From NCBI GenBank assembly GCA_041500865.1, contig JBGQMY010000016.1:1-29882 (forward strand): a stretch of 29,882 bases of DNA. The letters run 5' to 3'. The stretch comes from Candidatus Micrarchaeia archaeon (GTDB lineage Archaea; Micrarchaeota; Micrarchaeia; Anstonellales; J096). Below are positions 1-8,600 of the stretch, piece by piece; position 1 is the stretch's first letter, and the number at the start of each line of letters is the position of its first letter. The notes beneath the pieces were generated by a model. The model did no database searches. It was not told where the DNA came from and saw only the letters and a list, made by a program, of their open reading frames with translations. A program made the translations under genes and the position numbers.

Positions 1-52
1 AGTGAGGAGCGCCGCCAGATGTTCATGCCGTCGTTTATCCCGCATCAGCAGA

Positions 53-85
53 GAAGCCCAGCACTTTAGTGCTGGGAGAGTTCAC
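53..85 (+). mobile_element. Probable right end (subterminal hairpin + TCAC) of an IS200/IS605-family (tnpB-type) element or a non-autonomous derivative
   Basis: GAAGCCCAGCAC-TTTA-GTGCTGGG-AGAGTTCAC: perfect stem CCCAGCAC/GTGCTGGG (57-76) with a TTTA loop, ending in GTTCAC at 85. This fits the GAAGCCC..TTTA..GGG..GTTCAC pattern of IS605/IS1341 right ends. An upstream frame ends ...QRSPAL* inside the hairpin (TAG 67-69). No transposase or tnpB body is visible in the window. Confidence 0.65.
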
Positions 86-114
86 CTTTTTTATTCAATA
101 CTGGTTAGCTTTGC

Positions 115-1341
115 TCATTCCCCTATCTTTTTGTTCATGTCAATCCAGTTAAGAATCAGCTGCATCACGTCTTCGCCGGTTATGCTGCCGATGCCGCCCT
201 CCATTGCCTCAAATTCGTCAAACTTCCTTGTGTCGTCCTGCCTGACAAGCTTTCCATAGGCAAGGAACGGATTGGGGTGGCCGCTGTGCGCCTTTAGCAT
301 GCACGGCGTGCTGTGGTCGCCTGTTATGACAATAAGGTCGAACTTGCCCTTTATGACCGGGATTATCTCCTTGTCCGCCCTTTCTATTATGGACGCCTTG
401 CCTTCCCTGTTGCCGTCGTGGCCGAAGCTGTCCGTAGCCTTGACATGCAGGAACACGAAATCATGCGTTTTGGACGCCTGCACGGCTGCCCTTGCCTTGT
501 TCGCGTAATTGCTGTTCCTGTCCCCTGTCGCGCCCTTTGCGTCAATGACGTCCATGCCCATGAATGACGCCAGGCCCCTGTAAAGCGCACCGCCCGCAAC
601 GCAGGCAGCCTTTAGGCCATGCCTTGCCTCAAAGCTTTCAACCTTGGCATACTCGCCTGCGCCCCTGCACAGGATGGCATTGGCAGGATGCAGGCCCTTC
701 TCCGCCCTTCCAATGTTTTCAGGGGCCTTTTCCAGCCTTTTGCAGGCTTCGCTTGTGACGGCATTCAGTATCCTTGCCGTCCTTTTTGCCTCAGCGCTTG
801 TGTCAAGCGGCTCGGATTGGCTTATTTTCACGTTAATCTCGTGAGGGTCCGTGTCAGAAACCCTTCCGCTCAGCCTGTCCCCCCTCAATATCAGCACACC
901 CCTGTGCTCCACTGTTGACTTGAATATCGCCTTTGCGCCCTCCATTTCCATGCCATTGGCGTATTTTTCCAGCGATTTTGCGGCAGGGCTTTCAATCCTT
1001 CCTGCCCTCCTGTCTATGATTTTCATTCCCTTGCCTATTGTCGCTAAGTTAACCCTGAATGCCACATCCCCAGGCATGAGATTCATGCCTGCCCCAAGCG
1101 CCTCCAAGGGCCCCCTTCCAGGGTATTCCGACATTATGTCGTAGCCGAAGATGGCGAGCTGGGACGTGTCGCTGCCTGGCTTTATGCCCATGCCCAGGGC
1201 ATGCATCTGGCCGAGCGCGCCCTCCTTTGCGAGCCTGTCCATATTGGGCTTTTTGGCCATTTCAAGCGGGGTCGGCTTTCCGTTGTCCCTCAGGTCGCCA
1301 ACACCGTCCATAATCAAAAACAATGCCTTCATGCCAATCAC
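115..1341 (-). CDS. apgM: 2,3-bisphosphoglycerate-independent phosphoglycerate mutase, archaeal type
   Basis: Motifs LIMDGVGD, TPLEMAKKPNMD, PGSDT (catalytic Ser), YPGRGPLEALG, FLHVKATDSFGHDG, ITGDHSTP, HSGHP. Start is GTG 1341 (overlapping the dcd stop) or ATG 1332. Confidence 0.95.
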   Translation of the reverse strand: MIGMKALFLIMDGVGDLRDNGKPTPLEMAKKPNMDRLAKEGALGQMHALGMGIKPGSDTSQLAIFGYDIMSEYPGRGPLEALGAGMNLMPGDVAFRVNLATIGKGMKIIDRRAGRIESPAAKSLEKYANGMEMEGAKAIFKSTVEHRGVLILRGDRLSGRVSDTDPHEINVKISQSEPLDTSAEAKRTARILNAVTSEACKRLEKAPENIGRAEKGLHPANAILCRGAGEYAKVESFEARHGLKAACVAGGALYRGLASFMGMDVIDAKGATGDRNSNYANKARAAVQASKTHDFVFLHVKATDSFGHDGNREGKASIIERADKEIIPVIKGKFDLIVITGDHSTPCMLKAHSGHPNPFLAYGKLVRQDDTRKFDEFEAMEGGIGSITGEDVMQLILNWIDMNKKIGE

Positions 1342-1853
1342 TGCCTCCTTGCTATCTCCCCAAATTTCCTATATGGCTTTGAAGTCGGGGACTGCGTCCT
1401 TGCGAAAACTATGTGCGTTATCCTCATTCCTTCATGCAGGATATAATCATATTTTGAGTTGTTTAATATTTCCAGCACCTGGTGGTTGCTTATGCCGGGC
1501 TGCACGAATGAGGACGTTATGTGTATGGAAAGGCCCATCCTGGCATACCTGCTCCTGCCTTCCAGTATGCCTACGATGTCGTCAGCAAGCGTTATCTTCT
1601 CCTTTGTTATGGCAAGGCACATCTGCTGCGGCTTGAGCACTATGAGCTTTGCCTTCCTTTCACCCATGATGTCCTTCCAGCCGGTCTTTGACAGGTCAAT
1701 CCTCTTGCCGTTCGCCTTTTTGAAGAACCACCACCTGTTGTCCAGCGTCAGGTCAACGCTGCCCGGCCCTATCTGCTCGTCAGGGATATTTGGCTCAAAC
1801 ACGATTTCGCCCTTCTTCATGGCCCGCCTTATGTCAACGTCCGAAAGGAACAT
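1338..1853 (-). CDS. dcd: dCTP deaminase
   Basis: MFLSDVDI, QIGPGSVDLTL, EGRSRYARMGL, FVQPG, VLEILN, GMRITHIVF. Start moved from the ORF-track TTG 1919 to ATG 1853 because the family begins M(I/F)LSD and a TATA-like TTTAAAT lies ~25 nt upstream. Confidence 0.9.
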   Translation of the reverse strand: MFLSDVDIRRAMKKGEIVFEPNIPDEQIGPGSVDLTLDNRWWFFKKANGKRIDLSKTGWKDIMGERKAKLIVLKPQQMCLAITKEKITLADDIVGILEGRSRYARMGLSIHITSSFVQPGISNHQVLEILNNSKYDYILHEGMRITHIVFARTQSPTSKPYRKFGEIARRQ

Positions 1854-1874
1854 GATATGCTTTTGCGATGCGCC

Positions 1875-1884
1875 ATTTAAATAT
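1875..1884 (-). promoter_or_regulatory. Putative TATA box for dcd-apgM
   Basis: ATATTTAAAT on the minus strand 22-31 nt upstream of ATG 1853; suggests a leaderless transcript. Confidence 0.5.
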
Positions 1885-2091
1885 TTGCTTATGAAGGACA
1901 AAATGCCTTCTTTTTGCAAATAGATAGACTACATGTAGAAATAGTGCTATAATGCATTAAAACTGCACTTTTATGTATATTTGATGCCAATATTGTATAT
2001 AAAATAAATGGACACACATAGAAGGATATCGTGGCCATGGCCGAGGTTCCTGCCTGCTTCCTCTCGGGATGGGTTTCCTTGCCCGAGCCAG

Positions 2092-3465
2092 CTAAAAATC
2101 ATCCAAATCATAAACCAGGTATCCGTTTGCCCTCAGCTTTTGTTTGTCCCTGATTTTCTTTGCCACAATGCCAAATTGCAGGCCTTTGGGCAACCGTAAG
2201 ACATGTTTTACCTTGCCCTGCAATCCATCCAGTATGCCAATCGCTTCTGGATAAGTGAGCTCGCCCCATTTAAATTCAAAGGCATATGCTGATTTTTCGT
2301 TTTTTGCCATCAAATCAATCTCGTATGCATTCTCCCCTTTTTTTGCCTGGGAAATCTTCCCCCACTGGCGTTGCGCTTCGCTTAATCCTAACTCCAGCGC
2401 CAAGAATTCCTTTGCAACCTGCTCAAAACGCCTGCCGTAAAGCGTATTCAGGTTCTTCTTTACGCTTGATATGAATTCCGGCCTTCTGGCCGCGTAGTCT
2501 GAAAAGTTTTTGTATACCTGGGAAAACCAAAACTCAATAAGGGGGTGCCGTATGCAGTAAATCCCCCTTTTTCCCTGGTATGGCATTTCAAGTTCTATCA
2601 GTTCGAAATGATCCCTGAGCTCATTGATTTGGCGGGTTATGGAAGTTGCCGGGGTATTCAAATAGCCTGCAATGGAGGATAACGTATTGTTTCCGGTCGC
2701 TATGGCTTCCAAAATTGAGTAATAGACCCCGCTTCTGCCTCCGAACTCCTGGGAGAGGATGCTGTTTACCTCATCTTCCAAAGGGGCATCTTTAGCCAGA
2801 AACAGGGTGTCAATCATCTCTTCCGCGGTTTTTCCCTGCAAGTTAAAGTCCTCCAGGGCAACATAGTATCTTGGATAACCGCCGAACAGCATATACGCCT
2901 TTATCAGATTTTCTTTGGTTAGCCCCAATTCTTCCCCAATCTCAAGGCATGAAGCCAATGTCAATGGCTCCAGTTTTTTGCCCTTCTTTATCCTGCCGTA
3001 AAGCGGCTCTTTCGAGTTTTTGAACAATTTTTTTATCAAGCCAATCAGCGAGCCAGAAAGAATTATCAAACCAGGCCTGTTTTCGTTCAGGTCAATGCTT
3101 TTTTGCAAAATCCCAAAAACAGCCGGTTCAACAGAAGTGAAATTCTGGAATTCGTCAAAAACCATTGGCGGCGTTTCCCTTGTTATGAGCGTTTCAAAGA
3201 ATTTATCCCAGGAATCCAGCGTTTCCAGCTCCCCGAGCACTTTATTGCCCTTCATTATGCCCTGAAATTCGGCAAGCAGGTCTGCTGAGGTCTTGTTCTT
3301 ATTGACAAAAAAATACAGGCCGCGGTTCTTGAGAAATTCAAGCAACAGCCTTGTTTTGCCTACCCTGCGGAGCCCATAAAGAGCAATGACGAACAGTTTT
3401 TTCTTAGAGAGCGTTTCCAGCTCGTTCAGCTCAGCCAGCTCGGATTTCCTGTTCACGAACTTCAT
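2092..3465 (-). CDS. Archaeal P-loop ATPase (ATPase_2-like) with wHTH/DUF234-like region and C-terminal PD-(D/E)xK-like nuclease fold
   Basis: MKFVNRKSEL start, Walker A GLRRVGKT, Walker B VFDEFQ, SGS, PLYGR, GGYPRY, HPLIEFWF, FE motif, EIDL...FEFKW. ATG 3465 is preferred over TTG 3477 because GGTGA sits 5 nt upstream. Confidence 0.88.
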   Translation of the reverse strand: MKFVNRKSELAELNELETLSKKKLFVIALYGLRRVGKTRLLLEFLKNRGLYFFVNKNKTSADLLAEFQGIMKGNKVLGELETLDSWDKFFETLITRETPPMVFDEFQNFTSVEPAVFGILQKSIDLNENRPGLIILSGSLIGLIKKLFKNSKEPLYGRIKKGKKLEPLTLASCLEIGEELGLTKENLIKAYMLFGGYPRYYVALEDFNLQGKTAEEMIDTLFLAKDAPLEDEVNSILSQEFGGRSGVYYSILEAIATGNNTLSSIAGYLNTPATSITRQINELRDHFELIELEMPYQGKRGIYCIRHPLIEFWFSQVYKNFSDYAARRPEFISSVKKNLNTLYGRRFEQVAKEFLALELGLSEAQRQWGKISQAKKGENAYEIDLMAKNEKSAYAFEFKWGELTYPEAIGILDGLQGKVKHVLRLPKGLQFGIVAKKIRDKQKLRANGYLVYDLDDF

Positions 3466-3496
3466 AATATTCACCAACTGAATTATTCAGTAAGTG

Positions 3497-3512
3497 AATA
3501 TATTTAAACCTT
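3497..3512 (-). promoter_or_regulatory. Putative BRE/TATA promoter of the ATPase gene
   Basis: Minus strand AAGGTTTAAATATATT, ~32-47 nt upstream of ATG 3465. Confidence 0.55.
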
Positions 3513-3665
3513 GCGGTTGCAAGGGAAAAACCGGATCATTGCGAAGAAAGCCCCTTTGGCTCCGCAGAGCCCAATTGTCGAGGGAGAGGAAAGCACCCCT
3601 GGTTCGGTATGGCTGGCCTTGATAATCAAGCGGGCGCTTTGCCCCAGCGTCAACAGCCTGCGGCA

Positions 3666-4469
3666 TCAAAGGACAGACGTGTACATGGATACGGCCTTGG
3701 ATACGCTTGGCATGTGGCTTAATTTTCTAATCCTGTCCCTTACATCATTCAGAGCAGGGATGGTATCCATAAGGAAATCCTCCCTCTTGGCGGATATTGC
3801 CGACATTAATTGGCCGATAAGCTTGCCCTTTGCAGCAACGTCGTCAGCATTATTTGCACTGAACGGTATGTCTCTCAATATGCCGTCAGCAAGCAACTCG
3901 GCTGCGGTTTTGGTTCCAACCTTGTTTCCCTCAACCGAAGACGCAAACGCCGCAAGGAAGCGGTTTCCCTCTTGTTTCTGCATATGAAACATGCGTTCTA
4001 CCTTTTCTATGTCTCCACCTGTTCTATTATATTCATTTTGAGTCACTATAAACCTGAACCGCGATACTGCATCAGATGTGCTGAGCTTGCCTTTCATTTT
4101 GTCCTTTGCTTCGCTCAGGGCAGGAATGACATCAACAAGGAAATCTTCCCTCTTGGCTGACATTGCTGATGCCAAGAAACCAATAAGATTGCGCTTTGCC
4201 TCAACGTCAGCGAGCTTATTTGCATTGAACGGTATGCCTTCTAATAGGTTGTCAGCAAGCAGCTTGGCTGCGGTTTTGGTTCCAACCTTGTTTCCCTCAA
4301 CCGAAGACGCAAACGCCGCAAGGAACGTACTTAAGTTTTCACCAGCCACCCTTGCTTCTATATTGGCCCCGGTCCCCAGCAACTTCCTTATTTTCTTATT
4401 ATCGCCCTTAGAGGCTGCTTCAAGGAGTTTTTTATCAAGTATACCTTTTCCTGCGGTTTTTTGTGCCAT
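3666..4469 (-). CDS. Hypothetical protein with a single N-terminal ankyrin-like repeat and two ~80-aa internal repeats
   Basis: LDKKLLEAASKGDNKKIRKLLGTGANIEAR is ankyrin-like. FLAAFASSVEGNKVGTKTAA...SAKREDFL occurs twice. ATG 4469 has AGGTGG 5 nt upstream (ORF-track start is GTG 4478). Confidence 0.75.
   Translation of the reverse strand: MAQKTAGKGILDKKLLEAASKGDNKKIRKLLGTGANIEARVAGENLSTFLAAFASSVEGNKVGTKTAAKLLADNLLEGIPFNANKLADVEAKRNLIGFLASAMSAKREDFLVDVIPALSEAKDKMKGKLSTSDAVSRFRFIVTQNEYNRTGGDIEKVERMFHMQKQEGNRFLAAFASSVEGNKVGTKTAAELLADGILRDIPFSANNADDVAAKGKLIGQLMSAISAKREDFLMDTIPALNDVRDRIRKLSHMPSVSKAVSMYTSVL
3900..4325. repeat. Intragenic direct repeat: 60-bp identical core at 3900-3959 and 4266-4325 within a longer diverged duplication
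   Basis: GGCTGCGGTTTTGGTTCCAACCTTGTTTCCCTCAACCGAAGACGCAAACGCCGCAAGGAA occurs twice, offset 366 bp. Confidence 0.95.
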
Positions 4470-4500
4470 GTGTGCCACCTATGCTTATTTGTGTGCAGAA

Positions 4501-4516
4501 ATATATATATATATAT
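4501..4516. repeat. (AT)8 microsatellite at the TATA position of the 3666-4469 gene
   Basis: ATATATATATATATAT 32-47 nt upstream of ATG 4469. Confidence 0.8.
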
Positions 4517-4589
4517 CGTTTTAACCCAAGGAATCGTCGGGGGGAGAGGGAGGAGCTTGGAACTGAGGGAGCAGAGCCCCTTGGTTCAG

Positions 4590-4603
4590 TGCGGCTGCCG
4601 GGA
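4590..4603 (-). repeat. 14-bp direct copy of the tRNA-Gly 3' end (att-like)
   Basis: TGCGGCTGCCGGGA at 4590-4603 is identical to 4670-4683. Confidence 0.85.
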
Positions 4604-4651
4604 CCGCGGGCGGGTTTTTTCCGCCTGCGGGACTTTTGCGCGCACGCAAAA
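4604..4651. terminator. Two adjacent hairpins downstream of tRNA-Gly (possible terminator or processing signal)
   Basis: CCGCGGGCGG-GTTTTTT-CCGCCTGCGG (4604-4630, one imperfect pair) and TTTTGCG-CGCA-CGCAAAA (4634-4651). Confidence 0.45.
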
Positions 4652-4669
4652 TAGGCAGGCGCATCGCAA

Positions 4670-4740
4670 TGCGGCTGCCGGGATTTGAACCCGGGTCTTA
4701 GCCTTGGCAAGGCCATATCCTACCACTAGACTACAACCGC
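4670..4740 (-). tRNA. tRNA-Gly (anticodon GCC), intronless, CCA not encoded
   Basis: Reverse complement GCGGTTGTAGTCTAGTGGTAGGATATGGCCTTGCCAAGGCTAAGACCCGGGTTCAAATCCCGGCAGCCGCA folds as a cloverleaf. Anticodon loop TTGCCAA, T-arm GGTTCAAATCC, discriminator A. TATA-like TTTTAAA at 4767-4773. Confidence 0.97.
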
Positions 4741-4927
4741 TCAATCTGGAATTATGCAGGATAAGGTTTAAAAGAATGGCGTTGCCCAGCAAACCAGTTT
4801 TCTTTCCGCAGGCGATTTCTTTCGCAAAAGAAAGGGCCTCTTTTGAACCCAGGGGCCTGACTGCAGCCGCGCAGTTTCCTTACCCACAAAAAGGTTTAAA
4901 ATACGCAATGCCGCTTCTAAAAGGGAT

Positions 4928-5641
4928 TCACAGCAGCAGCTTCTCGTACTCCCTGATAAGCGCCAGAAGCGCCATTGGGAAAAAGACGAAGAACGTAATG
5001 ATGTCTATGAGCGGGATGGCGAGCGTCGCCATTATTATGAACGCTATGACGCAGACCGGTATGTAATTCATTGCCCTCAATATCGTTATCCTGAACGACT
5101 TGCTTATGCTCCTTATGACCCCTCCGGACTTTACGTATGACACCATTGCAAGCGAGAACAGGTACTTTATCAGCAGCGCGGGTATGCTCAGCACCACGAA
5201 GCCCAGCCCCAGGTAGAGCCGCCTTGTCAGGTCTATGTTGAACAGGTAAAGCGTAATGAAGATTATGGCTGCGAAGAACGCTATCATGCCGAGCTCAACC
5301 ACCGTTATCATGGACAGCTTGAAGCAGTTGCCGAGCGCGTATCCCACCATCTCGTCAAAGCCCATGCCCCTGCCGCCCTTGCCTGCGTCAATCGCCTTGA
5401 TAAGCGCCCCACAGGAGCCGCTGAACAGGAAGATGAAAACAACCGCATATATCGCAATGCCTGCCAGGGATATTATGGAGGCGCCGAGGCTGGAATAGCT
5501 CGTCAAAAGCGAAAAGAGCCCGACAACCCCAAGCGGCGCCAACACCGACAGAGCCGCCATCACCAGAAAATAGAGCATTGTCTTTGCGAATTGCAGGGGC
5601 TTGTTTACCACTTCCCTGTATGCATGCGCGAATGAGCCCAT
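4928..5641 (-). CDS. Multi-pass membrane protein of unknown function
   Basis: 237 aa with about six hydrophobic segments and a GVIRSISKSFRI amphipathic motif. Has its own TATA-like TTTTTAAA at ~5665-5671. Confidence 0.8.
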   Translation of the reverse strand: MGSFAHAYREVVNKPLQFAKTMLYFLVMAALSVLAPLGVVGLFSLLTSYSSLGASIISLAGIAIYAVVFIFLFSGSCGALIKAIDAGKGGRGMGFDEMVGYALGNCFKLSMITVVELGMIAFFAAIIFITLYLFNIDLTRRLYLGLGFVVLSIPALLIKYLFSLAMVSYVKSGGVIRSISKSFRITILRAMNYIPVCVIAFIIMATLAIPLIDIITFFVFFPMALLALIREYEKLLL

Positions 5642-5689
5642 GGCTTGCCTTTGGGCGCAATCATTTAAAAACCCTGCCTCAGTGCGCCG

Positions 5690-8600
5690 TTATCCAAGCC
5701 TGCACACGTAGTCTGTCGCCCCGCCACTTACGAAGGAAAGCATCTCCGCGTTTGTGAGCCCGCTTGCGGTGCAGTTCTGCGCCTGCAACTGGTCCCATGC
5801 CACAGGTATGCCGTATCCGGGGTTTGACATATATGACATGAAGTACGTGCTGTTTTCAACTGAGGAGTTGCATATCTTCCAGTTGGAGTACCTGTTTACA
5901 GAGCTTATCAAGTTCCTGTACTTGTCGGGGTCTGCGAATACCTGGGCTATGTCTTCTACTGAAGGGTTGCTCAGGGCATACGTTATCTTTATTGCGCCAG
6001 TCCCGTTGTAGCAGGTTATATTCATGTATGTGCCATCACTCCGCTTTGTTTTGATGTCGTCCAGGGTGATGCAGGCGCTGTCCGCTATGCAGGGCAAGGT
6101 GCTGTTGAGGCATGTCGATTCGTCGTATACAGGGGTCGGCTTCGGCACAGGGAAGTTGATTTTCTTTGATATGGCTTTTCCAAGCTCCGACAGCGCGCTG
6201 AACGTGGAAGTAGGCGCCCCGGACGCGTTGAATGGATAGAGCAGGTTGCCGTAATCCGTTTGGTCGGTCGTATACGCATTGACATCGTCTATCGTAGCTT
6301 TCTTCCAGTCCTCGAACTGTATCGCGACAATGCCCGCGTTTGTCATCCTTTCCATGTTGAGGCCGAGCACCTCCATGAACTTCGTGGGGTCGAAGCCCGG
6401 GGCGTTCTTCAGGTCCCTTATGTACAGGACTATCGGCTTTCCGTAGGTGTACGTCTCGCCTGACGAATAATTGACGATTGCGTCAGCCATCGCGGTGTAC
6501 CATGCCTCGTAATTGGCAGCGCCGTATCCTGCCGTTGTGGGAGTGGGGTCTATCTCAAGGTTTAGGACAAGCATGTCCGTGGAATTGAACAGGCCGTTGC
6601 ATGCCTCAGCCCCATCCACATAGAAAGTCCTTATGTCGCTATCCCTCGTGCATACCCCGGCGTTTATGCCCGCGTTGTTTGCCGTGTTGTCAGCCCTTAT
6701 CTCCGCTTCCAGCTGTGCCAGCGCCGCATCTGACTGGTATGCCGGCTTGTAATATGCTATGAAGTCGGCAGGGTAAAGCGTGGCGTCGCAGTTGACCTGC
6801 ATGGCTCCCCACCGCTCAACCCTGGTGCTGCCTCCGCTGGGGACGCAGCTGTTGCACCCCGTCTCAGGCATCGGCGCCCAGCTGCACGTCCCTGCAGTGC
6901 GGAATGACGGCACGTTTACGCAGTTCGGCTTTGCTGTGCAGGTTTCCCCTATTGTCGCAACCGGGTCGGCGGCGCATGTAGGGGCGGAACAGCTCATCTC
7001 ATTGTGCGGAAGCTGGAGGTTCATTCCGGCAAGGGACACGCTCGTCCAATCAGTATAGGATGTACTGGAGCCGGAAGTGTAGCAATCGCACGTAACATCA
7101 TGCACCGTTACCCCGGCGGCTTTGAGCTCCGCCGGGCATGTCACGTCGCCCCACCCGGCCACATGGTGGGTGGTGTCGCAGCCCTGGTCATTGAGAATGC
7201 CGTGCCACCCGTTATACGGCCGGGAAAGCTGTACAGTGTAGAAAACCGTAAGGTCAGGCACGAAGTCAAAATATTCCAATGCATTGACAGATGAAATGGA
7301 GCAATAGTCCTTCCCTGCGGCAGAATCCTTTATCGTGCTGCATGCCTCCTGCTGCTCCCTTGCGGTCGTGTAGCTGCCTGTCCCGGATACAGTTATTATG
7401 GTGTTGTTCGGGCTGGGCAGTGTATATGGGCCGCCGGCTGTAGTGTAGTACGTCTTTGACACAGTGCTTTTCAGCCCCTCCCCGTACCTCTTTGTGCTGG
7501 TCTCCAATGCCCTGTATCCCGCCCCGCAGTTGGCTGTAAGCGCTGCTATGTTTCCTGGCCCGAATGCTGCGCCGCTCTGGCATATCGTCCCAGGGCTTGG
7601 GCCAGGCCTCTGCGCAGGCAGCAGCCCGTACTTGCTGTATATGTCAGTGAGGTTTACCTGCACTACGTTCCTCTTGAACGTCATCTGGAGCATGTCCCCT
7701 TCGTCGTTCCCCTGGGTTTCAACAACGAAGCCGGAGCCGGTGTCCCTGAGGTTTCCCGCTATCTCTATTGCGGTCCTGCAGCCGGGGCACATGTCCTTGA
7801 CCTGCTTGTTCCTTTTTGCAAGGTCTTCGGTCGTTGCGTAATACGTGCTGTTGTATCTTCCCTCATCCTTGTAGTAATGGCAGTAGTCCAGGCCTGGTTC
7901 CGCGGTGCTGAACTTTATTTCCGTGCATTCCTGCTTGACCGGAGTGGCCCTTCCAGTGACGACTATGGCGCTGCCGACAGGGACGAACGTTTGCGCATTG
8001 CTCTTGTTGTATATGTCGTTCAGGAGCTTGCTCACGAACGGGGGCGACGAGTCGTTCTTGCAGTATGCGCCGGCGCTGTCGCTCCCGCAGTAGTTGTACA
8101 AGTCCGGATGCTCGGCAAAGAGCATGACCGATATCCCGCTCTGCAGGTAGCTCCTTGTCTTGTTCCTCAGGTAGTCAAGGGGCGGCCAGAAGTTCGCGGA
8201 TGCGCTCTTCGGGTCCCCGTTGACGTTCGGCAATATGGAGAACGGCACCCTGCTGCCTTTCGGGTCCGTCGCGTATGCGGCGAGGACAGTGGTTGGCCCG
8301 GGCTGGGGAACCGGATTGTAATAATAGTCATATGTTCCGTAGCACTTCACGCTGCTGTTTGAAAGCAGGTAGCAGGTGTAGTAATAGCTTGTGTAAACGG
8401 CTACGGCATCGCCGCCCGCGTAGCCGCTTGGCCCCCCATAGTCTTCATAGCCGGTGTAGCCGTAGCATTGGGAGTTGCCGTTGCTGAGAAGGTAGCAGAC
8501 CTTGTTTTCGCTTACGGAAACCGCTATTGCGGCATTTCCGGTGTTTGTATAGTTCCAGCTGTTGCCGTGGCTGCCATAGCACTTCCCGTTGCCGTCCGAG

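Noticed and set aside
2092..3465. ATPase as the VirB4/CedB motor of the membrane operon
   Set aside because: Its motifs match the archaeal ATPase-wHTH-nuclease family, not HerA/VirB4; it is separately promoted and compositionally distinct.
3512..3526. TGCGGTTGCAAGGGA as a third copy of the tRNA-Gly 3' end
   Set aside because: Needs several mismatches and a gap over 14 bp; indistinguishable from chance.
3714..4325. DGR TR/VR pair in the ankyrin-capped gene
   Set aside because: Mismatches involve all four bases; this is an ordinary intragenic duplication.
4891..4901. AAGGTTTAAAA as a + strand promoter for an antisense RNA (same 11-mer at 4763-4773)
   Set aside because: A short AT-rich match with no supportable downstream gene or RNA structure.
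4435..5066. Small ORFs overlapping the tRNA and hairpins
   Set aside because: They overlap a clear tRNA gene and structured spacer; no protein-like features.
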